Positions 1-9,583 of a DNA stretch of 64,000 bases are shown in pieces (position 1 is the first letter of the stretch; every line of letters begins with the position of its first letter). The stretch comes from Candidatus Latescibacterota bacterium (GTDB lineage: Bacteria; Latescibacterota; UBA2968; UBA8231), in the NCBI GenBank assembly GCA_965208105.1, contig OZ242318.1:1728001-1792000 (forward strand), read 5' to 3'. Under the pieces are notes generated by a model. That model was given only the letters and a program-made list of their open reading frames with translations, had not been told where the DNA came from and made no database searches. Position numbers and translations under genes: made by a program.

Positions 1-1979
1 ACAGACTGTTCTACCGCGGGCGCGACGAGGTGCCCCTCTATTCCGATTTCTTCTACCTCCTGGACCACGAGGACGGCATCGACGTGAGCAGTGACGTCCA
101 CCTGCAGGGACTGACCACCTACTTCCAGGAGGAGAAGGAGGGGGAAACCCTGCGGGCGGACGGCGAGGAGCAGCTCGTCTACCTTTTCGACCTGTCCGCG
201 GAGCCTCAGGTGGAGTCGGTGCAGGTCGAGGCCCTGGTGGGCAACGACTACCGGGTGGATGTCGCCCTCCTGAGCAATCAGAGCCCGCGCGCCAAGACCT
301 ACCACGCCCAGTATCTCAGCACCTTCTACCGCACCACATTGCGGGCGAGGGAGAACGTAGGGGACCTGTCCAACCTGCGCTGGGTCCGCTTCGACGTGGG
401 CGAGAACACCGGACTGTTCACCTACAGCGCCGACCTCAACCTCGCACTGCCCGGCCTGGAGATCAATGGCGAGTTCGGGCGCTCGGCTCTCTTCTCGCGC
501 TATCCCGGACAGATGGGCGGCGAGCCCTCTTTCTCGGCCAGATCCCACTTCGCCGAGCGCGGCTCGGCCTGGTACCTCAACGCCGTCCACTGGCTCGGAC
601 GGGGACGGGTGGGGGGCGAGTGGTTCTCCATCAATCCCGGCTACACCACCAGCATGCGCACCTTCCTGGACAAGACCTCCGACCTCAACTACAGCAACAT
701 CTCGGGGATGCTCAACGAGACCGTCTACTGGGACCTGGTGCAGGACAACGACGACGGCGACCGCTTTCCCGACCGGCGCGTGGGCAACATCGGCGGGTTC
801 CTACCCGACGAGAAGAGCTTCGATCTCGACGGGGTGTTCATCGACCAGGACGACGACAACGACGGGATCCCGGAAATCAACCGCAATCTCAACAACGTGC
901 CCGACTTCGACGAGCCCTTCCTGATGTTCGACGTGGAGCCCAACGTCTACGTCTATGGCCTCGACCGCAACCACAACGACGAGCCCGACCGGCGCGAGGA
1001 CGACGACGAGGTCGACTATCCCTACGACCACGACCAGCGCGGCTACCACCTATTCGGACAAATCGATCCGAGCCGGCACCTGTCCCTCGCCCTGGGGCGC
1101 TATGCCACCGGTGAGATCGCCGGCAACGGCCGCAACCGCTCCACCTACGCCCTGCTGACCTACCGCCGCCGGGGGATGGAGCGGCCCTGGCGGCTGTTCA
1201 TCGAGAACCACCTGCGCCGGGTGCAGGACGACATCGGCGACGACTACGTGGTCACCGACGAGAACGCGTCGCGGGTCGAAAACTTCAGCAGCGACGGCCT
1301 GCGCCAGGAAATCCAGGCCGACAAGTACCTGCACCACCCACCCATCTTCTCGGGCGCCCTGGTGGCCGACCTGAGATCCTACCAGGACAGCTACGTCAAC
1401 GAGTCCTACCTGGAAGGACGTTTCAGCCTGTGGAACTCCCTCGAGGTGGTGCAGAAGCTGCGCCTCAGGTTCAACTGGCAGCAGGGCGGCCGCCTCTACA
1501 ACGGCCTCTTCCAGAGGGAGCGGCGGCTGGATCTGTGGACCTGGGTGAACCGGGTGCAGTACACCTGGCGCCTGGGCAGGCTGCACCTGGTGCCGCAGTA
1601 CAAGTTCATGCTCCTGCGCCTGACCGACCAGGACCGCGGCATCGACCTGCGCTCCGAATTCCGCTCCATCCCCATCCTGCGCCTGGAATACCCCCTGCTG
1701 AGCCGCACCAGCCTGCGCGCCGGGGTACAGGGTTGGGGGCCGCTGCCCTACCGCCGCCGCGACGGCCTGGCGCTGCGCAACCGCTTCGAGCAGCGCACCG
1801 CCTTCGCGACCCTGACCAACCGCTCCAAGTACTTCGGCTACGACCTGGTGACCATAGTCGGGATGGCCTGGGACAGGAAGGAATACGACGCCGAGTTCCA
1901 GCGCTTCAGGGCATTCGACAGCCGGACCTTCTTCGCCCGCACCCTGGTGGGCTTCACCGAGTTCGGACGGCCGCTCTAG
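1..1979 (+). CDS. 5'-truncated predicted outer-membrane beta-barrel protein with Asp-rich Ca-binding insert (paralog of 44248..47259)
   Basis: The frame is open from the window start (RLFYRGRDEVPLYSDF). It aligns by eye to 44248..47259: YRGRQEVPLFADY, ADGEEQLV, EAL.GNDYRV, DNDDGDR.PD, RSIPILRLEYPL and C-terminal RTLVGFTE[FY]GRP. The C-terminal half has amphipathic strands. Confidence 0.8.
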   Translation, partial: RLFYRGRDEVPLYSDFFYLLDHEDGIDVSSDVHLQGLTTYFQEEKEGETLRADGEEQLVYLFDLSAEPQVESVQVEALVGNDYRVDVALLSNQSPRAKTYHAQYLSTFYRTTLRARENVGDLSNLRWVRFDVGENTGLFTYSADLNLALPGLEINGEFGRSALFSRYPGQMGGEPSFSARSHFAERGSAWYLNAVHWLGRGRVGGEWFSINPGYTTSMRTFLDKTSDLNYSNISGMLNETVYWDLVQDNDDGDRFPDRRVGNIGGFLPDEKSFDLDGVFIDQDDDNDGIPEINRNLNNVPDFDEPFLMFDVEPNVYVYGLDRNHNDEPDRREDDDEVDYPYDHDQRGYHLFGQIDPSRHLSLALGRYATGEIAGNGRNRSTYALLTYRRRGMERPWRLFIENHLRRVQDDIGDDYVVTDENASRVENFSSDGLRQEIQADKYLHHPPIFSGALVADLRSYQDSYVNESYLEGRFSLWNSLEVVQKLRLRFNWQQGGRLYNGLFQRERRLDLWTWVNRVQYTWRLGRLHLVPQYKFMLLRLTDQDRGIDLRSEFRSIPILRLEYPLLSRTSLRAGVQGWGPLPYRRRDGLALRNRFEQRTAFATLTNRSKYFGYDLVTIVGMAWDRKEYDAEFQRFRAFDSRTFFARTLVGFTEFGRPL

Positions 1980-2142
1980 TGTCCCGTCGCAGGAATATGT
2001 CGCCATTTTTCCGCCGATCCATCCCGGCTCACGGCGTTGCCTTCACTCGCCGTACACCACTGGTACGACTCGCTCAGGCGCCTTGCGAGCCGGGCGCTTC
2101 TGCGCCCTCGTTCGTACGCTTAATTACGCAAGCAGGCACTAG
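1976..2142. mobile_element. MITE-like non-autonomous palindromic element
   Basis: CTAG occurs at both ends (1976-1979, 2139-2142), with imperfect terminal inverted repeats CTAGTG.../...CACTAG. Nested internal stems: CCCGGCTC (2023-2030)/GAGCCGGG (2087-2094) and CGTAC/GTACG. No coding capacity. Confidence 0.6.
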
Positions 2143-2249
2143 GATGGGGGCATGCGCAGCAGTTCCTGGTCCATAGGCGACGGCGGCAGCCACCTTATTG
2201 CCATGGTTTCCGATTAAAAACCGTCCTATCCTCCAAGGATCAGCATCCA

Positions 2250-3383
2250 GTGAAAACCTATCGAATCGCCATAATCGGCCTCGGCGGCATGGGACACCAC
2301 CACGCCGAAGCAGTCCTGGCCGAGGACAACTGCGAGCTCGTGGGCGGCGCCGACATCGATCCCGGCCAGGCGGCCCGATGGCGGGAGCGCTTCGGGGTCA
2401 GGGCCGTCTTCGCGGAGTACGAACAGATGATGGACGAGCTGGCGCCGGACATCGCAATCGTCGCCACCCACTCTCCCGAGCACTGCCCCGCCACCATCGC
2501 CGCGGCGCGGCGCGGGGTCCACGTCTTCTGCGAGAAACCCATCGCGCTGAACCTGATTGAGGCGGACGCCATGGTGGCCGCCTGCGATGCCGGGGACCTG
2601 CGCTTCGCCATCAACCACATAAAGCGCGCCAGCCTCTACAACCGCCACGTGCAGGAGAGGATAGGGAACGGGGAGATCGGCCAGGTCATTCAGGTCCGCG
2701 CCTTCGAGAAGGGGGGCAGGCGCACCGGCAACGCCCTGATGGAGATGGGCACCCATCTCTTCGACTGGATACGCCTGTTCGCCGGAGACCTGGAGTGGGC
2801 CCACGCCCACCTGCTGCAACTCGACGGCAGGGAATCGGCCATCGGCGACATAAGGCGCACCCGGGAGGTGGACCCGAAGGATCGCGACTCCGGCCTGGTT
2901 TTGGGTGAGCGCGGCTCCGTTTCCTTCCGCTTCAAGTCGGGGATACACGCCCAGGCCGAGTTTCTGGCCGAGCCGCGGGCAAACGACAACGCCTACGGCC
3001 TGGACCTGATCGGGACCGAAGGCCGCATGGCCCTGCGGGGCAGCGTCGGCACCGAGCTGTTCATCCACCGGGGTGCGCATCAGACTCCCTCGGAGGGATG
3101 GCGCCGCGAGTCACTGGCCTCCGAGGACGTGGACGAGGGCGGAAAGCCGCGCGACATGGCGGCGAAACGGCTGCTGCTGCAGCGCCTCATGCTGCGCGAT
3201 CTGATCGCCGCTATCGAGGAAGGACGCGATCCCGTCGCCAGCGGCCGCGATGGCCGCGACTGTCTCGAGATGATCCACGCCACCTGGGAGTCCCATCTGC
3301 GCCAGGGCCGCGCCCGGGCTCCCCTGCAACCGCGCGAGCACGTGCTGGAACGATGGCTGCGGAAGGGGCGGACCAGCGGGTAG
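2250..3383 (+). CDS. Gfo/Idh/MocA family oxidoreductase
   Basis: N-terminal IAIIGLGGMG Rossmann motif, HVFCEKPIA motif, EMGTHLFD motif. Confidence 0.9.
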   Translation: MKTYRIAIIGLGGMGHHHAEAVLAEDNCELVGGADIDPGQAARWRERFGVRAVFAEYEQMMDELAPDIAIVATHSPEHCPATIAAARRGVHVFCEKPIALNLIEADAMVAACDAGDLRFAINHIKRASLYNRHVQERIGNGEIGQVIQVRAFEKGGRRTGNALMEMGTHLFDWIRLFAGDLEWAHAHLLQLDGRESAIGDIRRTREVDPKDRDSGLVLGERGSVSFRFKSGIHAQAEFLAEPRANDNAYGLDLIGTEGRMALRGSVGTELFIHRGAHQTPSEGWRRESLASEDVDEGGKPRDMAAKRLLLQRLMLRDLIAAIEEGRDPVASGRDGRDCLEMIHATWESHLRQGRARAPLQPREHVLERWLRKGRTSG

Positions 3384-3542
3384 CGGCGCCGAAGTGCCCG
3401 GGGAACCCCGCCGAAAGACACCACGCCCCCCTGCCGATCGGCAATTGACCTGGCTGCCGCCGCCCTGGACGGATGGGTTCCATTTGCCTACCTTGGTCCT
3501 GTTCAGCCCCAATCCCACCGAACCCATCGAGGAGCACACGGG

Positions 3543-5024
3543 ATGGCTCGCAAGCTCTTGACCGACGAAGAGATGCAGAGATTCATCAACGACGGGTTCC
3601 TCATGCTCAAGCCCGATCTTCCCACCGAGTTCCACCATCGAGCCTTCTCCGAAATCGATTCCGTCTACGAGAACGAGGGCAATCCCGGCAACAACCTCCT
3701 GCCGCGGGTCCCCCTGCTCCAGCAGGTATTCGACGACCCGCGCATCAGCGGCGCCCTGGAGAGTGTCCTGGGCGCCGACTACTTCCTCTATCCCCACCGC
3801 CACTGCCACTTCCGCCAACCAGGTTTCGTGCCCCGCAAGGGCATCAACACCGATCCACGCAAAGGCCGCTTCGGAGGAACGCTGCACAAGGACGACATGA
3901 GCCGCCGGCGCCGGCATCGCACCCGCTGGGTCATGTGCCTCTACTACCCCCAGGATACCACCGCGGACATGGGCGCCACGACCATCCTTCCTGGCAGCCA
4001 CTACTACACCTCCCTGGCCGGGGTCGATCTCGAAGGCGAGTTTCCCATCTGCGTCGACGCCGGGACCATCGTCCTGACCAACTACGACATGTGGCACGCG
4101 GCCACCCCCAACACCAGCAGTCGCAAGAGGGCGATGGTGGCGTTCCTCTTCGCGCGCATGAGCGAACCGCGGGGTCCGACCTGGGACTGCGCCAACCGGG
4201 AATGGAATCCCGGCCCCGACGCCGCCCATCCCGAGCTGAAGAAGCACCTGTGGGACTGGCACTGCGGCAGGAGCTCAGGGGGCTTTGCCGGGGGAGAAAA
4301 TCTGCCCCGGGGATCGATCGACGAGCTCGTCGCGGCCGCGGCCTTCAACTCCGCCCTCGGCGAGACCAACCGGGCGATGTGGGCCCCTGTGGAAGAAACC
4401 CGGCAGGAGGGCGCCTCGGAGCCTCTCTGGCTGGACACTGTCTACGCCCTCGCCGCAATCGGGGAAGCGGCCGTTCCCGCCCTGATCGACGCCCTCGCCA
4501 ATCCCTCGGAGGGCATTCGCAGGGGATTCACCTACGCCCTCAGCGCCATCGGAGGACCGGCCGTTCCCGCCCTCGCCAGGGCACTGGAACACGGCGATCC
4601 GGGGGTACGGGCGGGTGCGGCCGAGGCCCTGTCGGACATGGGCAAGGAGGCTGCCAACGCCCTGCCGCAGCTGACCGGCCGCCTGCAAGACCCCGTTGAC
4701 GAGGTTGCCGGATGCGCTGCCGACGCCCTCGGCCTCGTCGATCCCGGGGCGGAGGGCATTCCCCGGGCCCTGGCAGGGACCCTCGGGCACTCCGCCGAGA
4801 CGGTGCGCATGAGGGCGGCCATGGCGCTCGCCCGGCTGGGTCGGCGGGCAGAGGAAGCGACCCCGGAGCTGGCGGCGGCACTGGGTGACGACAACCGCTA
4901 CGTTCGCGGCAAGGCGGTGCATGCCTTGTTCAAGATAGGCACGGATGAGGCACGGGATGCCCTCTTCCGGCACCTGTTCACCCATCGCTGGGACAACCTG
5001 ACCTACGGACTCCACACCCACTGA
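3543..5024 (+). CDS. Phytanoyl-CoA dioxygenase (PhyH) family domain fused to HEAT/PBS-lyase repeats
   Basis: LTDEEMQRFINDGF start and an HKD...MWHAA facial triad. C-terminal repeats include AVPALIDAL, AVPALARAL..D..VR..AAEAL and VR..A..AL.KIG. Confidence 0.85.
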   Translation: MARKLLTDEEMQRFINDGFLMLKPDLPTEFHHRAFSEIDSVYENEGNPGNNLLPRVPLLQQVFDDPRISGALESVLGADYFLYPHRHCHFRQPGFVPRKGINTDPRKGRFGGTLHKDDMSRRRRHRTRWVMCLYYPQDTTADMGATTILPGSHYYTSLAGVDLEGEFPICVDAGTIVLTNYDMWHAATPNTSSRKRAMVAFLFARMSEPRGPTWDCANREWNPGPDAAHPELKKHLWDWHCGRSSGGFAGGENLPRGSIDELVAAAAFNSALGETNRAMWAPVEETRQEGASEPLWLDTVYALAAIGEAAVPALIDALANPSEGIRRGFTYALSAIGGPAVPALARALEHGDPGVRAGAAEALSDMGKEAANALPQLTGRLQDPVDEVAGCAADALGLVDPGAEGIPRALAGTLGHSAETVRMRAAMALARLGRRAEEATPELAAALGDDNRYVRGKAVHALFKIGTDEARDALFRHLFTHRWDNLTYGLHTH

Positions 5025-5097
5025 CCGGCACGCGGCCGCCGCTCCCCCCGGGGGAGACGACCCGCCCGGGAGCTCGCACCCAGCCCCGGCGCAGCAG

Positions 5098-7038
5098 GTG
5101 GACCGGTGGGGGATCACCCCCCGCTGCATCATCATCGGGTCGCTCTCGGCGCTGACCATCGCCCTCATCCTCCCCTATACCCTGAACGTGATGCGCGGTT
5201 CGCGCATCGGCCTCAGCTCCTGTACGCCGGCCGCCTTCATCCTCTTCTTCGTCCTCCTCCTGACCGTGCAGGTGGTCCTCGCCATGATCAGGCGCGGGTG
5301 GCACCTGCGCCCCGGCGAGCTGGCGGTCATTTTCGCGATGATGGCGATGGCCACCGCCGTACCCACGCGCGGGGTGTCGCAGAAGCTCGTGGTGGGTATC
5401 ACCGGTGTCGTCTTCTACGCCTCTCCGGAGAACAGGTGGGGCGAGCTCATCCACCCCTTGCTGGCGGAGTGGCTCGTGCTCGGGGACGGCGAGGCGGTGC
5501 GCGGCCTCTACTACGGGGACGGCACGGACCGCATCCCCTGGCACCTGTGGACTCCGGTGCTGCTGCGCTGGCTACTCTTCTTCGCCTCCTACCAGCTCAT
5601 GCTGCTGAGCGCCCTGGTGATTCTGCGGCGCCAGTGGGTGGAGCACGAGCGCCTGGCGTTCCCCCTTGCCCAGGTGCCTCTGGCCATGCTCCAGGACAAC
5701 GGCAGACGGGACGCGATCATAAAGCCGTTTTTCCGCAATCCCGTCATGTGGGCAGGTTTCACCTTCTGCTTCCTGATCAACAGCACCAACATCCTGCACA
5801 ACTACTTCCCCTTCATTCCCGCCATGATGGGGCAGGTCCAGCACATGATATTCCGGGACCAGATCGAGATCATGTTCCGCATCAACTTCCTCATGCTGGG
5901 GTTCGCCTACTTCATCAATACCGGGGTGGCCTTCAGCATGTGGTTCTTCTACCTGCTCCGGGTTCTCCAGGGCGGCGTCTTCGCGCTTCTGGGCATCGAC
6001 CTCGATCAGACCCTGGGACCGGGTGATGCAACCAGGGCGGTGGGAGGACCCATCTTCGGCCACCAGATGATGGGAGCCCTGCTCGTCCTCGTAGTCTTCG
6101 GGCTGTGGACGGCGAGGACACACCTCAGGGAAGTCGTGCGCAAGGCCTGGAACGGCGACCCGACGGTGGACGACTCGCGCGAGGCCATGTCCTACCGGGC
6201 CGCGGTGCTCTGCTTTCTGGGGGGCGCCAGCTTCGTCTCTCTCTGGCTGTGGCTTACGGGCATCCCGGCCTGGATCGTGCCCATCTTCATCCTCGCCACC
6301 CTGATGATCATGATCGGACTGGCCCGCGTGGTGGCCGAGACCGGGGTGCCCACCATCACCCCCGCCATGGCCCCGGCCAACTTCGTGACCTCCGCCGTCG
6401 GCACCACGTCCCTGGGCATGACCGGCGTGGTGGCCGCCGGCTTCACATTGATCTGGGCGAGCGGGTTCATGGTCTTCATCACCGCACCGATGGCAAACGC
6501 CCTGCGCATGGGCTCGGAGATCACCCGCCACCGCAGGTGGTTCGTCTTCGCCATCGGCGCCGCCCTGCTGATCGCCATGGTGGCCGCCACCTGGTACCAG
6601 ATCCACCTGGCCTACCAGCACGGAGGCCTGAACCTGAACACCCGCTACTACCAGGTCTATGCCACAACCGCCCCCCGGTTCTCCGAGCTCATGCTCAACA
6701 TCACCACAGGACCGCACCCGGGCGCATGGATATGGTCCGGGGTCGGCGCAGCGGTCATGACCGGCCTGATGGTCGCCCGCCACAGCTTCGCCTGGTGGCC
6801 ATTTCACCCGGTGGGCTACGCAATCAGTTCCTCGTGGGTGCTGAACGCCACCTGGATGTCCATCATGTGCGCCTGGGCGATCAAGCTGGTGGTGCTCAAC
6901 TACGGCGGGCCGAGGCTGTACGAGCGCACCAAGCCTTTCTTCATGGGCGTCATCCTGGGCCAGTTCATGGCCGCCGGTTTCTGGCTCCTGGTGGACTCGT
7001 TCACGGGGGTGAAGCACAATCACATCCGGGTGTATTGA
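5098..7038 (+). CDS. DUF6785/DUF6784-like multi-pass membrane protein (putative transporter)
   Basis: Many hydrophobic helices; motifs RRQWVEHERLAFPLAQVP, WWPFHPVGY, KLVVLNYGG..Y...KPFFMG. Start codon uncertain. Confidence 0.8.
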   Translation: MDRWGITPRCIIIGSLSALTIALILPYTLNVMRGSRIGLSSCTPAAFILFFVLLLTVQVVLAMIRRGWHLRPGELAVIFAMMAMATAVPTRGVSQKLVVGITGVVFYASPENRWGELIHPLLAEWLVLGDGEAVRGLYYGDGTDRIPWHLWTPVLLRWLLFFASYQLMLLSALVILRRQWVEHERLAFPLAQVPLAMLQDNGRRDAIIKPFFRNPVMWAGFTFCFLINSTNILHNYFPFIPAMMGQVQHMIFRDQIEIMFRINFLMLGFAYFINTGVAFSMWFFYLLRVLQGGVFALLGIDLDQTLGPGDATRAVGGPIFGHQMMGALLVLVVFGLWTARTHLREVVRKAWNGDPTVDDSREAMSYRAAVLCFLGGASFVSLWLWLTGIPAWIVPIFILATLMIMIGLARVVAETGVPTITPAMAPANFVTSAVGTTSLGMTGVVAAGFTLIWASGFMVFITAPMANALRMGSEITRHRRWFVFAIGAALLIAMVAATWYQIHLAYQHGGLNLNTRYYQVYATTAPRFSELMLNITTGPHPGAWIWSGVGAAVMTGLMVARHSFAWWPFHPVGYAISSSWVLNATWMSIMCAWAIKLVVLNYGGPRLYERTKPFFMGVILGQFMAAGFWLLVDSFTGVKHNHIRVY

Positions 7039-7118
7039 CCCGGTACAGCACGGCAGCCGGCTTCCGCCCGGACCCGCCGGGCATTTCCGGCCGCAACCTG
7101 CCAAAGGAGGAATGAGCG

Positions 7119-8021
7119 ATGAAACAGGAGGACTACGATTTCTTCAAGGAGAACGGCTACCTTTCCCTGGGGAAGATCCTCGGCGACGACGAGGTAACCC
7201 GCTTTGCCGGCCTGTTCGACCGCAACCGGCGCGACTACAGCCGCTTCTGGAGAGACAACGGCATCTGGCAGACCCAGCACTGCGATTCCCTGCTGACCGC
7301 GCCCGAGTTCGATGGACTCATCCGCCACCCCAGGGCCATGGAGGCTCTCGGAGCCCTCATGGGAGGCCCGGTGTGCTTCTCGGAGATCTGCCTGCGGCAC
7401 ATGGAACCGTATGCCGGCGAGCCGCTCGACAGCATGAGGACCTGGGACGGGCAGGTGGGCCGCCGCTGGCACCGTGACGGCGGGCAGGACCTCATGTGGC
7501 CGGAGCATCCCCTGCGCCTCGGATACGTCCAATTAATGGTCTACCTGGCCGACGTGGACGAGACCACCCACAGCTTCGCCATTTCGCCACAAGCGTTCGA
7601 CCAGGAGATCCTCGACGCGGAGGCCCAGCTCGAGCGCGGGGGATCCCGCGAACTGCACGGCCGCGCCGGCACCGCCATTCTGTTCAACGTCTCCCGGCTC
7701 CACACCGTAACCGTGCGTCCGACCCGGGCGCAGCGCAAATCCGTCCAGGTCTACTACGGCCATCGCCGGCGCGAATTCCTCAGCCACCAGTCCTTCGTAC
7801 CCGCCGGCCTGTGGCGCGACCACTCAGACCCCGAGGTGCGTGAATTCTACGGAGTGCTCAACGGCCTGACCCGGGAATATTTCGAACGCACCAGCGGACG
7901 CGGCGAGGTGCCGGTGGAGGAGACCCTGGAGATCCTGGATGACATTCGCAAGAATGTGGAGCTGCCCAGGAAGTACGGCCCGCGCTGGCGCTACACGGTG
8001 CGCGGGACGAGGAAGAAATGA
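7119..8021 (+). CDS. PhyH-family 2-oxoglutarate/Fe(II) dioxygenase
   Basis: FFKENGYL start, WHRD...RLHT triad, strong AAGGAGG SD. Confidence 0.85.
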   Translation: MKQEDYDFFKENGYLSLGKILGDDEVTRFAGLFDRNRRDYSRFWRDNGIWQTQHCDSLLTAPEFDGLIRHPRAMEALGALMGGPVCFSEICLRHMEPYAGEPLDSMRTWDGQVGRRWHRDGGQDLMWPEHPLRLGYVQLMVYLADVDETTHSFAISPQAFDQEILDAEAQLERGGSRELHGRAGTAILFNVSRLHTVTVRPTRAQRKSVQVYYGHRRREFLSHQSFVPAGLWRDHSDPEVREFYGVLNGLTREYFERTSGRGEVPVEETLEILDDIRKNVELPRKYGPRWRYTVRGTRKK

Positions 8022-8169
8022 AAGAATTGTCGGTTGGGAACGAATATTGCTGAAGAGGAAACCGGCGCCCTATTTGAACCCAAGGCCGGCCCCTGCCAAA
8101 ACGTGATATCGGGACAACCTCCTCCTTGTGGTCGCGAGTGTGCTTGAAAATGCCTATATGTGCCGGAGG

Positions 8170-8198
8170 TTGACCTCCGATTATGCCGCCCTTATTCT
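8170..8198 (+). promoter_or_regulatory. sigma70-like promoter of the methyltransferase
   Basis: TTGACC-17 nt-TATTCT, followed by an AAGGAG SD and ATG at 8218. Confidence 0.5.
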
Positions 8199-8217
8199 CC
8201 TACCCACAAGGAGCTGA

Positions 8218-9567
8218 ATGGATTTGAATACCGCACCCATGCCGAGCGAGGTTATCTCCAATCCTACCAATGCTATAGACAACCGGAACAAGTTGCGGCC
8301 GGCAGATAGAGCAATCCATGACTGGTACCGTTTTGTTCTGTCCTTTCCACCCCACCTGGTCCAGGACTATGTGGACAGGTTCGGCCTCGGCCCTTCCGAC
8401 ACGGTTCTCGATCCTTTCTGCGGGACCGGTACGACATTGGTTGAATGCAAGAAACAGGGAATCGGCAGCATAGGCATCGAGTCAACCCCAATGGCCCATT
8501 TCGCAAGCTCGGTAAAGGTCGATTGGTCGATCGACTGCGCCAGGCTTCTGGAATATGCCGACCAGGTCGCTTCGGCGGCCAGAAGGATTCTGGATCAACA
8601 AGGCATCAATGAATGGGACGATGCTCCCCTATTTGCCACGATGAAGCGCCGGCGGTCTGCGCTTCGAGGACTTTCTCCCGAAAGATCGAAGCTGTTGCTG
8701 AAAAATTCGATCAGCCCGCTGCCCCTGCACAAGACGCTGGTACTCCTTGACCTTATCGATCTGCACGGTAATGGTCGACTCCAACAATATGGACGGCTGG
8801 CACTTGCAAACGCGCTCGTGAATCGTATCGGCAACCTGAAATTCGGACCGGAAGTGGGAGTCGGCCGGATCAAGAAAGACGTTGCGGTTTTGCGAGCCTG
8901 GCTCGACTGCATACGCATCATCGCCCATGACCTGGGTTTCACCAAAGAGACCGGAGACGTGCCCACCCAAGTCTTCAAGGCCGATTCCCGGGTAGCCGAC
9001 CGGATTCTGAAACCACAGTCCATCGATGCTGTTATTACCTCTCCACCGTACCCGAACGAGAAGGATTATACCCGTACCACACGCCTTGAGTCGGTCATAC
9101 TCGGACTCATACGCGACAAAAAGGAATTACGATCCCTGAAACAGAACCTTGTCAGGTCGAATACCAGGGGAGTATACAAATCCGACACGGACGATCGCGA
9201 GATTGCGAACAACGTCGAGATACGCAGTCTAGCGGACGCCATCGAGAGACGCCGCATCGAGTTGGGCAAGACGTCGGGATTCGAGCGTCTATATCCCCGG
9301 GTAACCCAATTGTATTTCGGCGGAATGACACGGCATCTCGCCTCCCTTAGAACGGTCCTCAGACCGGGGGCGAGGCTCGCATACGTGGTGGGTGACCAAG
9401 CGTCCTATTTGAGAGTCATGATCCGCACTGGTCAGTTGCTTGCCGACCTGGCCCAATCCCTGAACTACAAAGTCACCGGCATCGACCTGTTTCGGACCAG
9501 GTCGTCGACGGTTACCGGCGATCAGCTTCGCGAAGAGGTCGTCCTCTTGGAATGGCCGGGCAACTGA
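8218..9567 (+). CDS. Site-specific amino DNA methyltransferase (probably N4-cytosine)
   Basis: Motif I VLDPFCGTGTT precedes motif IV ITSPPY; motif LRPGARLAYVVGD; lower GC than the flanks. Confidence 0.9.
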   Translation: MDLNTAPMPSEVISNPTNAIDNRNKLRPADRAIHDWYRFVLSFPPHLVQDYVDRFGLGPSDTVLDPFCGTGTTLVECKKQGIGSIGIESTPMAHFASSVKVDWSIDCARLLEYADQVASAARRILDQQGINEWDDAPLFATMKRRRSALRGLSPERSKLLLKNSISPLPLHKTLVLLDLIDLHGNGRLQQYGRLALANALVNRIGNLKFGPEVGVGRIKKDVAVLRAWLDCIRIIAHDLGFTKETGDVPTQVFKADSRVADRILKPQSIDAVITSPPYPNEKDYTRTTRLESVILGLIRDKKELRSLKQNLVRSNTRGVYKSDTDDREIANNVEIRSLADAIERRRIELGKTSGFERLYPRVTQLYFGGMTRHLASLRTVLRPGARLAYVVGDQASYLRVMIRTGQLLADLAQSLNYKVTGIDLFRTRSSTVTGDQLREEVVLLEWPGN

Positions 9568-9583
9568 TCCAGAGGGGGCAACT

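Noticed and set aside
741-1035. GAC/AAC-rich quasi-repeats that might suggest an array
   Set aside because: They encode the Asp/Asn-rich protein insert; there is no constant repeat-spacer structure, so this is not CRISPR.
5572-7104. Long antisense ORFs here and at 23510..25141, 25326..26696 and 39916..41481
   Set aside because: Each mirrors a well-supported gene on the opposite strand.
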